From Methanoculleus frigidifontis (lineage in GTDB: Archaea; Halobacteriota; Methanomicrobia; Methanomicrobiales; Methanoculleaceae): a DNA stretch of 24,000 bases. Each line of letters starts with the position of its first letter. The stretch's first letter is position 1. A program made the translations under genes and the position numbers. The notes below the pieces were generated by a model that was given only the letters and a program-made list of their open reading frames with translations, searched no databases and was not told the origin of the DNA. Shown piece by piece: positions 15,295 through 23,430 of the stretch. The stretch is taken from positions 30,094 to 54,093 of the forward strand of contig NZ_VCYH01000012.1 in the NCBI RefSeq assembly GCF_030464345.1, read 5' to 3'.

Positions 15295-15870
15295 TTATTC
15301 CGGAGCTTGCTTTGCGATATAGCCCTGCAGAAGGTCGAGCGCCTCCCACTCCCGCCGGCCGCCGCACTTCCGGACGAGGGATGCGTGGTGGTCGATCAGG
15401 CGCCGGAGATGGGGGTCGCCGGTCCGCACGTAGCGGGTGGCGTGGACGGTGGCGTCGATGATGCTCGCAAAGCCCCGGTTCACCGGGTGCAGCCGGAGGT
15501 CTTCGACCGCCTCGCGGAGCAGGGTGAGCCTGACGACGTGCGCCTCCTGCGTCGAGCGCTCGACCTCGGCGGCAAAAGCGATCCAGGCCTCCGCGTCCAC
15601 GAGGCGCTGCACCGACGTCCCGTCGACCGCTTCTGTGCGGAACGCCTCCGCCGGAAGGTCCTCAAACGCCGTCCTGACCCAGACGACCGGGTCGTAGACG
15701 AAGTTCGCCACGATCCAGCCGTCCCGCAGGACGTTCTCCGCGGTGTGGCTGCCCCGGAAGAGGACCATCCGGGGAACGGCGTCCCGGCAGATGATCCCTA
15801 TCGGCGCCGCGTTGCCGCTGGTGGTGGCGATCACCTCGTTGATCCCCTCGCCTAGCAGTCCCACTGCCAC
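15295..15870 (-). CDS. DUF447-family FMN-binding split-barrel protein (H4MPT-biosynthesis-associated family)
   Basis: The conserved body is GINEVIATTSGNAAPIGI..., about 190 aa. The only plausible starts are GTG at 15870 or 15864, overlapping the CitG-like stop (15852). The 290-aa track ORF is an Arg-rich upstream artefact. Confidence 0.75.
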   Translation of the reverse strand: MAVGLLGEGINEVIATTSGNAAPIGIICRDAVPRMVLFRGSHTAENVLRDGWIVANFVYDPVVWVRTAFEDLPAEAFRTEAVDGTSVQRLVDAEAWIAFAAEVERSTQEAHVVRLTLLREAVEDLRLHPVNRGFASIIDATVHATRYVRTGDPHLRRLIDHHASLVRKCGGRREWEALDLLQGYIAKQAPE

Positions 15871-16673
15871 CCCTCCCCGAGCGCGACGTAGATCCCGGCG
15901 ATGGTGATGTCGGCGATCGATCCCGGGTTGATCCCGCCTGCGATGCACTCGTCGTCGAGGTCGGCGATCGTCCGGGCTCCGGCGACGACCTCGCGTGCGT
16001 GCTCCCGCGTCTGCAGCGCCACGGCCTGGCCGTGCTTCTTTGCGATGAAGGTGTCGGGCTCTGCGGCGAGGAGGTTCATGAACGCGGCGACGATCGCCTG
16101 CCGCCCGCCCCCGTGCTCGTGGAGGAGGTCGGCGGCTCTGCGGGTCAGGGCGTAGCCGTTCGTCCACTCCCGGGCGACCATATCGTTCATCGCCGAATAC
16201 GCCATGATGTCGAGCAGCGTCATCCCGCGCTCGCGGATGGCGGCGACGGATGCCGGGTCATTGACATCGAGGCCGTCGCCGTCCGGCATCCGGACCTGCG
16301 TGAGCCCGAACGCGGCGTAGAAGTCGACGGCGTCCTCGACATCGGTCTCCCGGACGGCGGCGAGCGCTCCTGCGATATCTCCGCCGGCCAGCAGGGGGAA
16401 GAGCAGGATGTAGGCGCCGAAGTGGGTGTTGCCGCCGGCGTGACCGCTGGTCAGACGAACGGCCTCCCTGATGAGAGCGCCGAGCCGTCCTCCCTCCCGT
16501 TCGGCCCGCTCGAAGGCCGGGCGGACAAAGATCGTGGAGGCGAGAAAGTGCTCGAGCCGGGTGTCGGCGTAGTCGTGGCAGCGGTCGACGTTGCCGGGCT
16601 TCGGGTAGGCCGTCACCTCCAGCATCATCGCGAGCTGGGCGCGTTCAGTCCGTGTCGGCGGCAGATGCTCCAT
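15852..16673 (-). CDS. triphosphoribosyl-dephospho-CoA synthase (CitG) family protein, methanogen/H4MPT-associated type
   Basis: The sequence LEVTAYPKPGNVDR...HFLAS...GGNTHFGAYILL...IAKKHG matches CitG-family blocks. It overlaps the upstream gene by 29 nt; an alternative ATG is at 16628. Confidence 0.75.
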   Translation of the reverse strand: MEHLPPTRTERAQLAMMLEVTAYPKPGNVDRCHDYADTRLEHFLASTIFVRPAFERAEREGGRLGALIREAVRLTSGHAGGNTHFGAYILLFPLLAGGDIAGALAAVRETDVEDAVDFYAAFGLTQVRMPDGDGLDVNDPASVAAIRERGMTLLDIMAYSAMNDMVAREWTNGYALTRRAADLLHEHGGGRQAIVAAFMNLLAAEPDTFIAKKHGQAVALQTREHAREVVAGARTIADLDDECIAGGINPGSIADITIAGIYVALGEGWQWDC

Positions 16674-17781
16674 TAAACAACCTGTGCATCAGTTTATCGG
16701 CGAGGCGGTGTTTGTAGCGCATGTAGTCCTGGATGGAGATCCCCATCTTCTGGAGCGTCATGTTCCGGAACATGCAGGGCGAACTCGCCTTGCAGCACCA
16801 GGCGAGGCTGCCGAAGCAGGTGTTTTTTCCCTCGGCGAGCGGCGTGCCCATCACGGCCTCCTGCTTCATCTTCAGGTAGTCGTCGCGGCTCATCCCGATC
16901 TTCTCCAGTGTCGGGAGGAGCGGGCAGTTCTTCACCGGCATGCAGCAGAAGGTCAGCGCCCTGATGTCGCCGCCGCGGCAGAGTTGTTTCGGGGCGTTGT
17001 ACCAGCCGGTCTCCTCGGCTGAGCGGGTGATGGCCGCATCGAGCCCGGAGAGCGTCCAGGGATCGGATTTTCGGGCGAGGGAGACGAGATCGGCACCCCG
17101 GGCGAACATATCCATGGCTTTGTCGAAGCTGGTTATTCCGTTATTGGCGATGAGGGTCAGGGGGCAGACATTCCGGATCTGGCGGAGTTTTGCGTGGCCG
17201 AAGTCCATCAGGTCGATATGGAGGATATCGGCGCCGGCCTTCCAGAGTGCGACCGCGAGGGCGCGGTCGTCGGCAGTGACGCCGGCGCGGATCTTGACCG
17301 AGACCGTGACGCCGGCGCTTTTCAGTTCCCGGACCGTCTCGACCAGCCGGGCAGGGTGGTGGAGCAGGTATTCGCCGCACCCGGCCTCGACCATCGCGGG
17401 CTGGCGGCAGTGCGCGTCGATCTCGTAGACCACGCTCTCCTCGAGCGCCTCGGCGATCTCGCGGTAGGCCGCGGGTGTGCTGCCGCGGAGGTTGATCCCG
17501 GTGACGACGTCGCTCTTCTCCAGAAGCTTGACCTGCCGGGCCAGCTCCTCGACCGGGTCGTCGTATATGAACTCTTTCCTGCCTTCGGCTGCCATCTGCG
17601 CACTCGCCTCGAGCGTCGGGCGGTCGATGGAGTATCCGCCGATGAACGCGGCCCCGATATGCGGCGCACGCTCGAGCACATAGGCGGCGTCCACGATGCC
17701 GGCCATGGATGCGATGGCTATCGGTGTTTTGACAATTCGATCGTTTATGAGGAGCTCAAAACGATCATAGGCTTCCATCAT
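16645..17781 (-). CDS. DUS/DHOD-like TIM-barrel protein with C-terminal duplicated 4-Cys module (378 aa), function unassigned
   Basis: The barrel part contains IDAHCRQPAMVEAGCGEYLL, which resembles the dihydrouridine synthase GCP...G.GaaLL block, plus VKIR. The C-terminus has two copies of C-x(7-10)-CC-x5-C followed by an amphipathic helix. The start is taken at ATG ATG (17776-17781); the track extension to 17886 is Pro/Gly/Arg-rich noise. Confidence 0.7.
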   Translation of the reverse strand: MMEAYDRFELLINDRIVKTPIAIASMAGIVDAAYVLERAPHIGAAFIGGYSIDRPTLEASAQMAAEGRKEFIYDDPVEELARQVKLLEKSDVVTGINLRGSTPAAYREIAEALEESVVYEIDAHCRQPAMVEAGCGEYLLHHPARLVETVRELKSAGVTVSVKIRAGVTADDRALAVALWKAGADILHIDLMDFGHAKLRQIRNVCPLTLIANNGITSFDKAMDMFARGADLVSLARKSDPWTLSGLDAAITRSAEETGWYNAPKQLCRGGDIRALTFCCMPVKNCPLLPTLEKIGMSRDDYLKMKQEAVMGTPLAEGKNTCFGSLAWCCKASSPCMFRNMTLQKMGISIQDYMRYKHRLADKLMHRLFNGASAADTD

Positions 17782-17894
17782 GATTCCTGTACTTTTCGTG
17801 CTGGAAGGGGAAATTGTTTTGCGTCCACCCCTCCCCGGGCACGAACCCGGCGCGGGACGGGACGGCGCCGATGCGGTGGGGGACAATCGGTAAG

Positions 17895-17905
17895 TATTTT
17901 AAATT
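17895..17905 (+). promoter_or_regulatory. TATA box candidate for the cfb operon (near-leaderless cfbA)
   Basis: tattttaaatt is centred about 29 nt upstream of the cfbA ATG (17929). It is the only strong A/T-rich element in the 147-nt divergent spacer. Confidence 0.55.
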
Positions 17906-17928
17906 CCTATCGTAGTACCTTGTGCTAT

Positions 17929-18336
17929 ATGGCTACAAAAGGAATGTTACTGGTCGGACACGGGAGCAAACTTCCCCACAACAAGGAGCTCATCGAGACG
18001 ACGGCCGCGATGATCGCCGAGCGCTCCGATGAATACCTGGTCAAGTCCGGGTTCATGAGCATCAACACCCCCTCGGTCGAGGAGCAGCTCGAGGCCTTCC
18101 GCAGTGAGGATATCGATATGCTCGTCGTGGTGCCGCTCTTCCTTGCCAAGGGCATCCACATCAACAAGGACATCCCCGGGATCCTCGGGCTCGCCGAGGG
18201 CACCCGGAAGGGCACCTTCCGGCTGAACGGCAAAGAGGTTCCGCTCTACTACGCAAGCCCCATCGGCAGCGACCCGCTGCTCGCCGAGCTGATGCTGAAG
18301 AACGCGAAAGAAGTCGTCGCCGAACTCGCCGACTAA
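17929..18336 (+). CDS. cfbA: small CbiX-type chelatase; in this context sirohydrochlorin nickelochelatase
   Basis: MATKGMLLVGHGSKLPHNKE...VVVPLFLAKGIHINKDIP is the CbiX(S) signature. It lies immediately upstream of cfbE/D/B. The track ORF 17194-18336 has an artefactual N-terminal extension. Confidence 0.85.
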   Translation: MATKGMLLVGHGSKLPHNKELIETTAAMIAERSDEYLVKSGFMSINTPSVEEQLEAFRSEDIDMLVVVPLFLAKGIHINKDIPGILGLAEGTRKGTFRLNGKEVPLYYASPIGSDPLLAELMLKNAKEVVAELAD

Positions 18337-18341
18337 TCAGT

Positions 18342-19502
18342 ATGCGGCTGCTGGTGCTGGACACCATCCACGGGGGGGCGGAGATCGCCGCGGCTCTGCG
18401 CTCCCGCGGCCACGAAGTCGACGCAGTGGACGTCTACCGGGGAGAGGGGGGGATCTCGGTCAGTGAAGCGCTTGCCCGGGAGTACGACTGCGTTACTGCG
18501 CCCGTCCACCTCGACCCGGACCACCCCCTGCTCCGGCCGGACGCGGTCTCCCACCACGAGGCGGTGGGGATGCTTCTCCGCGATGCGGTGCCGTCGCCGA
18601 TGATCGAGGTCACCGGCGCCCGCGGCAAGACGACGACTGCCCACGCCCTCGCCCACCTGATGCCGGGCGCAGGCATCCTCCACACCTCGGCCGGGACGCG
18701 GCGCTGCCCGGACGGCGAGGTTCTCTGGCGGCGGAGCATCACCCCGGCCTCGGTCATCCCGGCCGCAGAAGCGGCCGGCGGCTGGCTGATCGCCGAGGAG
18801 TCGCTCGGGGTGACCGCCGCCGGCGACGTTGCGGTGCTGACGAGCGCCGACGATTACCGTATCGCTGCCGGGAAGAAGAGCGCCCTCGCCGAGAAGTGCC
18901 GCTCGCTTTCCCGGGCGAAGACCGTCGTCGTCCCGCCCGGGGTCACGCTCCCCGGCGCCGTCCGGGCGGAGGAGGCGGTCTCGTTTGCGGGCATGATCTG
19001 CCGCTACGACTGCTGCGGGATCGCGGGAGCGTTTGCAAATCCCCTCTGCACCCTCGCCGGCTACAAAACGCCCCTGATGATGGCGGCGGCGACCGCCTGC
19101 GTCCTCGGGATCGATCCGGCCCCGCTCGCGGACTTCGCCGCCCTGCCCGGCCGGATGGCCTCGCGGGTCGAGGATGGCGTCCTGATCGTCGACAACGCAA
19201 ACAGCGGCACGAACGTGGCGACGACGGTCGAGGCCGCCCGCTACGCCCGCAGCCTCTCCGGGGAAGAGCGTATCACCCTGGTGATCGGGGTGCTTTCCCA
19301 GACCGTCTGCGAGGGGTTCCCGGCGGCGGAGGTCGAGCGGGCCGTCGCGCTCGTCCGGCCGGACCGGGTCGTCTACACCGGCAGCGACTGGACGGCGAGC
19401 GGGAGATCCCACACCGCCGCCGACCTTGCCGAAGGGCTCGCCCTCGCCCGGTCGCTCACGGACGACGGGAGCATCGTGCTCGCAGTGAAGACATGGAGAT
19501 AG
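18342..19502 (+). CDS. cfbE: Mur-ligase-like coenzyme F430 synthetase
   Basis: It has the Mur ligase P-loop VTGARGKTTTAH, is 386 aa long and starts 5 nt after cfbA. Confidence 0.8.
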   Translation: MRLLVLDTIHGGAEIAAALRSRGHEVDAVDVYRGEGGISVSEALAREYDCVTAPVHLDPDHPLLRPDAVSHHEAVGMLLRDAVPSPMIEVTGARGKTTTAHALAHLMPGAGILHTSAGTRRCPDGEVLWRRSITPASVIPAAEAAGGWLIAEESLGVTAAGDVAVLTSADDYRIAAGKKSALAEKCRSLSRAKTVVVPPGVTLPGAVRAEEAVSFAGMICRYDCCGIAGAFANPLCTLAGYKTPLMMAAATACVLGIDPAPLADFAALPGRMASRVEDGVLIVDNANSGTNVATTVEAARYARSLSGEERITLVIGVLSQTVCEGFPAAEVERAVALVRPDRVVYTGSDWTASGRSHTAADLAEGLALARSLTDDGSIVLAVKTWR

Positions 19503-19508
19503 AGACGT

Positions 19509-20573
19509 ATGCACTACATTCAACCAAGGCCGAGTTCGATCGTGGCCGCGCTCTACACGGCGCGTGACCTCGGGGTGGACGTCGCCGTCCTCCACGGGCC
19601 GTCCGGCTGCTCGTTCAAGCACGCCCGGCTGCTCGAGGAGGACGGGATGCGCGTCCTGACGACGTCGCTTGCAGACAACGAGTTCATCTTCGGCGGCCAG
19701 GAACCGCTCGAGCGGGTGCTCCGCCACGCGGAAGCGACGTTCTCGCCCCGCCGCATGGCGGTCGTCGGCACCTGCGTCGCGATGATCATCGGCGAGGATA
19801 TGCAGTCGGCGGTCCGCGACTCCGGGATCGCTACCCCGACGATCGCGGTCGACATCCACGCCGGCTACCGGGAGAACATCGACGGCGTCATCGCCGCGCT
19901 CGAACCCGCGGCTGCGGCGGGCTGGATCAGCGCCGACGAGCTCGAACGCCAGCGCCACCTCCTCGGCAAGGCGAACGAGGTCGAGCGGCTCCGGGGAGCA
20001 GCCTGTAAGGACTATATCGCGCCGTCCCGCGGCGACCTGAAACACGTCGCTGCCGGAAAATTGCTCGAACTCGCCAGCTCCGGCGCCCGGGGCGTCGCGA
20101 TCATGAACGCCAAGAAGGAGACCGCCTACATGTTCGCCGACGAGCTCCTCGCGCTCCATGACGCCTGCCCGGAGGCGAACGTCACCTACATCGCGAACCT
20201 CGAGCAGCGGGGGCTCCCGAAGGTCAGGGAGGACGCGAGCCGGATCCTTGCCGGGATGCGGGAGCGGGGCGTGAACCCCGAGCTCCTCGGCGCCCTCGAC
20301 GAGTACGGGGCGCTCGGTGACGCTCTCGGCGAACGGCTCCGCGAACTCTCCCCTGACTTCGTCCTCCTCGTCGGCGTCCCGCACGCCATCCCGCCGGAGT
20401 ACACCGCCGGGATAGAGGTCTTCTCGGTCACCAACGGCCCCCGGCAGGTGGAGCCTCTCCGGGAGATCGGCCACGCTCACGTGGTGGTCGAAGTCGACCT
20501 GCACCCCAAGACCCTCGGCGTCCGCGCGATCGTCGAGAGCGAATTCGGCGCCGTGCTGCGGAGCATGGCATGA
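19509..20573 (+). CDS. cfbD: nitrogenase NifD/K-like component of Ni-sirohydrochlorin a,c-diamide reductive cyclase
   Basis: The sequence reads MHYIQPRPSSIVAALYTARDLGVDVAVLHGPSGCSFKHARLLE and has an oxidoreductase/nitrogenase component 1 fold pattern. It starts 6 nt after cfbE. Confidence 0.8.
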   Translation: MHYIQPRPSSIVAALYTARDLGVDVAVLHGPSGCSFKHARLLEEDGMRVLTTSLADNEFIFGGQEPLERVLRHAEATFSPRRMAVVGTCVAMIIGEDMQSAVRDSGIATPTIAVDIHAGYRENIDGVIAALEPAAAAGWISADELERQRHLLGKANEVERLRGAACKDYIAPSRGDLKHVAAGKLLELASSGARGVAIMNAKKETAYMFADELLALHDACPEANVTYIANLEQRGLPKVREDASRILAGMRERGVNPELLGALDEYGALGDALGERLRELSPDFVLLVGVPHAIPPEYTAGIEVFSVTNGPRQVEPLREIGHAHVVVEVDLHPKTLGVRAIVESEFGAVLRSMA

Positions 20574-21943
20574 AGACATTCCTCGTCTCCGGCGACCGTT
20601 CCGGGAGCGGCAAGACGAGCATCACCCTGGCGCTCTCGGCCCTCCTTGCGCGGGAGCGGCGGGTGCAGACCTTCAAGGTCGGGATGGACTACATCGACCC
20701 CTCTTACCTCGCCGGGGTGACCGGCCGGCCGTGCCGGAACCTGGACGGCTACGTGATGAGCCCTGAAGAGATCCGGATGGTCTTCGACCATGGCTGCCGG
20801 GACGCGGATCTCGGGATCGTCGAGGGCGTCCGGGGGCTCTACGAGGGCGCCGAGGCCCTCACCGACCTCGGGAGCACCGCCGGTGTCGCAAAACGCCTCG
20901 ACCTTCCGGTCATCCTGGTCGTCAACGCCCGGAGCATCACCCGGAGCGCCGCGGCGCTCGTGAAGGGCTTTATGGCCTTCGACCCGGAGGTGCGGATCAC
21001 AGGCGTCATCCTGAACAACCTCACCGGCACCCGCCACCGCGAGAAAGCCGTGACCGCGATCGAGCATTACTGCGGCGTCCCGGTCGTCGGCACGATCCCC
21101 CGCACCCCGGAGATGGAGCTTGCGATGCGTCACCTCGGGCTCGTCCCCTACCGCGAGGGTTCCGGAAACGAGGACTTCCACCAGCGGATCGCGGCGATCA
21201 CCGAGAAGATCGGCGAGCACGTCGACCTCGACCGTCTCCTCGGGCTTGCGGACGACTACACGCCGCCGGAAGCGCTTGACCCCTTCTTCGCCGCGCCGGA
21301 GCCGGACACCCGCATCGGCGTCGCCCTCGACGAGGCCTTCAACTTCTACTACGCCGAGCTCTTCGACGTTCTCCGGGCGCAGGGTGCCGAGCCGGTCCCC
21401 TTCTCGCCGATCCACGACCGCCTTCCCGAGGCGGACGGCTACGTCCTCGGCGGCGGCTACCCCGAGCTCTTCGGTCCCGAGCTCGAGGCGAACGCACCCC
21501 TGCGGGAGGCTTTGTGCGAGGAATCCCGCCGCGGGACTCCCATCTACGCCGAGTGCGGCGGGCTGATCTACCTCACCGAGCGGATGGTGCTCGCGCCCGG
21601 GTTCCACGGCGCCGAACGGCAGGAGGTCTACGAGACGGCCGGGGTTTTTGCGGGCGAGACCCGGATGCCCTCCCGCCGGATGCTCGGCTACGTCGTGGGG
21701 GCGAGCAGTGCGGACTGCCCGCTCGGGGCCGCGGCCTTCAAGGGGCACGAGTTCCACTACAGCGACGTACGGCTCGCGGACGGGGTGCGCTACGCCTACC
21801 GCCTCTCCCGGGGCGGCGGGATCGCGGACGGTCGTGACGGGGCGGTGCGTGACCGGACGCTCGCGAGCTACGTCCACCTCCACCCGGTCGCGAGCCGGGG
21901 GATGTTCGCGCATTTCGTCGATCAGTGCCGCATCCGGAGCTGA
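20570..21943 (+). CDS. cfbB: CbiA/CobB-like amidotransferase, Ni-sirohydrochlorin a,c-diamide synthase
   Basis: It has the N-terminal P-loop SGDRSGSGKTSITLAL, a C-terminal GATase with YAECGGLIYL and HEFHYS, and an ATGA overlap with cfbD. Confidence 0.85.
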   Translation: MKTFLVSGDRSGSGKTSITLALSALLARERRVQTFKVGMDYIDPSYLAGVTGRPCRNLDGYVMSPEEIRMVFDHGCRDADLGIVEGVRGLYEGAEALTDLGSTAGVAKRLDLPVILVVNARSITRSAAALVKGFMAFDPEVRITGVILNNLTGTRHREKAVTAIEHYCGVPVVGTIPRTPEMELAMRHLGLVPYREGSGNEDFHQRIAAITEKIGEHVDLDRLLGLADDYTPPEALDPFFAAPEPDTRIGVALDEAFNFYYAELFDVLRAQGAEPVPFSPIHDRLPEADGYVLGGGYPELFGPELEANAPLREALCEESRRGTPIYAECGGLIYLTERMVLAPGFHGAERQEVYETAGVFAGETRMPSRRMLGYVVGASSADCPLGAAAFKGHEFHYSDVRLADGVRYAYRLSRGGGIADGRDGAVRDRTLASYVHLHPVASRGMFAHFVDQCRIRS

Positions 21944-22031
21944 ATCCTCCGGCTCTACGCTCTTTCTGCCGTAATTTTGGTATCGGTGATGAAGCGGAAC
22001 TATTGTAAAGAGCAGGTGCCAAAATCAGTAT

Positions 22032-22898
22032 ATGATCATTTATCTTGACGGCCGGTACGTTCCCGAGGAGGAGGCGAAGGTCTCGGTCTTCGATCACGGA
22101 CTGCTCTATGGAGACGGTGTTTTCGAGGGGATCCGCGCCTACAACGGAAAGATCTTCCAGCTCGAGGCGCACCTCGAGCGGCTCTACGACTCGGCAAAGA
22201 CGCTTGATCTTGCGGTCCCGATCTCCCGGGAGGAGATGGCCGGGGTCATCAGGGAGACGCTGCGGAAGAACAACCTGACCGACGCCTACATCCGCCCGAT
22301 CGTCACCCGCGGCAGGGGCGACCTCGGCCTCGACCCCCGGAAGTGCCCGAAGGCGACGGTCATCGTCATCGCGGTCGAGTGGGGCGCGATGTACGGCGAC
22401 CTCTACGAGAAGGGCCTCTCGGCGGTGACGGTCTCGGTCCGGAGGACGCCGGCGGAGGCGATGCCCCCGAACGTCAAGAGCCTCAATTACTTAAACAACA
22501 TCCTCGCCAAGATCGAGGCGAACTACAAGGGCGGCGACGAGGCGATCTTCTTCGACACGAACGGCTACGTCTCGGAGGGCTCCGGTGACAACATCTTCGT
22601 TGTGAAGAACGGCGAGATCGTCACCCCGCCGACCCTGAACAACCTGCGCGGGATCACCCGGCTCGTCGTTCTGGACCTCGCCCGCTCGCTCGGGATCACC
22701 GTCCGCGAGCAGAACCTCGGCTACTACGATCTCTACTCCGCCGACGAGGTCTTCGTGACCGGAACGGCGGCGGAAGTCGCCCCGATCCGCGTGATCGACG
22801 GCCGTATCATCGGCACCGGCAAGCCCGGACCGGTCACCCGCCAGCTGATGGCCGGCTTCAAGCGCGTGACCGAGACACAAGGCACCCCGATAGCCTGA
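22032..22898 (+). CDS. ilvE: branched-chain amino acid aminotransferase (fold type IV PLP enzyme)
   Basis: The sequence contains [32 protein letters not shown] (PLP lysine context), EGSGDNIF and GITR. Confidence 0.9.
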   Translation: MIIYLDGRYVPEEEAKVSVFDHGLLYGDGVFEGIRAYNGKIFQLEAHLERLYDSAKTLDLAVPISREEMAGVIRETLRKNNLTDAYIRPIVTRGRGDLGLDPRKCPKATVIVIAVEWGAMYGDLYEKGLSAVTVSVRRTPAEAMPPNVKSLNYLNNILAKIEANYKGGDEAIFFDTNGYVSEGSGDNIFVVKNGEIVTPPTLNNLRGITRLVVLDLARSLGITVREQNLGYYDLYSADEVFVTGTAAEVAPIRVIDGRIIGTGKPGPVTRQLMAGFKRVTETQGTPIA

Positions 22899-22971
22899 TC
22901 GGCGGGCAGAAATATCCGCAACAAAACTTTTTTATCTGTATCCGTCGAAGTTATATGGCACACCTGTGCGC

Positions 22972-23044
22972 GCTGCTATAGTGTAGGGGCCAATCATGTC
23001 GGCCTTTCACGCCGACGACTGGGGTTCAAATCCCCATAGCAGCA
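22972..23044 (+). tRNA. tRNA-Glu (anticodon UUC), 73 nt, CCA not encoded
   Basis: Hand-folded cloverleaf. Acceptor stem GCTGCTA/TAGCAGC has 7 bp. Anticodon stem TCGGC/GCCGA has loop CTTTCAC (U33, TTC, A37). T arm is TGGGG-TTCAAAT-CCCCA. The discriminator is A. The D arm has 3 pairs plus one mismatch. Confidence 0.9.
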
Positions 23045-23223
23045 CTCCCGTTTTTGAAAACAGCCGCGGATGAGGGCTCGATTCCTGGAATAACCTGTCT
23101 GATAATAGCATCAACAAATCCAGATACGTTATTCACGTTGTTTTTCAGGTAGTGATACGTCTCTTTTGATATCGTGAGGCTTAATATAAGGCGTTTACGC
23201 TCCAAATTCGTCCCGATTGCCAT
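23026..23223 (-). CDS. small ribbon-helix-helix (CopG/Arc-like) DNA-binding protein, 65 aa
   Basis: The sequence is MAIGTNLERKRLILSLTISKETYHYLKNNVNNVSGFVDAIIRQV: a basic beta-strand, helix A, an N-x-S-G turn and helix B. GAGG lies 14 nt upstream. The start is taken at ATG 23223 because the 81-aa track start lies inside the palindrome array. The last 19 nt overlap the tRNA 3-prime end. Confidence 0.55.
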   Translation of the reverse strand: MAIGTNLERKRLILSLTISKETYHYLKNNVNNVSGFVDAIIRQVIPGIEPSSAAVFKNGSAAMGI

Positions 23224-23250
23224 TTGCTCATTTTTCCTCGATTCTCTTCT

Positions 23251-23284
23251 ACTGTACGTACAGTTGCGCAACTGTGCGGACAGT
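23251..23284. promoter_or_regulatory. operator-like array: ACTGT-N4-ACAGT-N6-ACTGT-N4-ACAGT
   Basis: Read directly: ACTGT (23251-55), ACGT, ACAGT (23260-64), TGCGCA, ACTGT (23271-75), GCGG, ACAGT (23280-84). It includes the perfect palindromes ACTGTACGTACAGT and ACAGTTGCGCAACTGT. It lies 28-61 nt upstream of the RHH ATG and just downstream of a TATA-like ccctataac. Confidence 0.6.
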
Positions 23285-23430
23285 TATAGGGAGACATTAG
23301 AGCTCGTGTCATAAAATGGGGGTGTAACATGCGTTATTTTTGATGCGTTCGATTATATGGGGATTTCATACTGTCGCCAAGTTCGGCCAAGTCTGTAGAT
23401 GGATGGTAACTCTATTACCGGAATTGCCGA

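Noticed and set aside
15871-16167. Upstream extension of the DUF447 ORF to 290 aa; similar extensions at 17782-17886 (TIM-barrel gene), 17194-17928 (cfbA) and 10155-10280 (uvdE)
   Set aside because: The extensions overlap neighbouring genes or promoter spacers, are Arg/Pro/Gly-rich, and precede the conserved family N-termini.
17840-17890. G-rich run (GGGACGGGACGG...GGTGGGGG) as a possible G-quadruplex in the divergent promoter
   Set aside because: It has only three clear G3+ tracts within a reasonable loop distance. In a genome of this GC content such runs are expected by chance.
18333-21913. 748-aa and 478-aa minus-strand ORFs
   Set aside because: Both are antisense to cfbE/cfbD/cfbB, which carry clear enzyme motifs, so these are high-GC artefacts.
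22925-22958. Assigning cttttttatc (22927-22936) as the ilvE terminator and ttatat (22951-22956) as the tRNA TATA box
   Set aside because: ttatat is only about 19 nt from the mature tRNA 5-prime end, too close for a -26 TATA. The T-rich block could itself be the tRNA promoter. The roles cannot be separated from sequence alone, so no feature was called.
23026-23271. ORF running into the tRNA as a split SSV-type integrase fragment
   Set aside because: The sequence looks like a short RHH regulator, not an integrase N- or C-terminal fragment. The overlap with the tRNA can be explained by a lack of stop codons in the GC-rich tRNA end.
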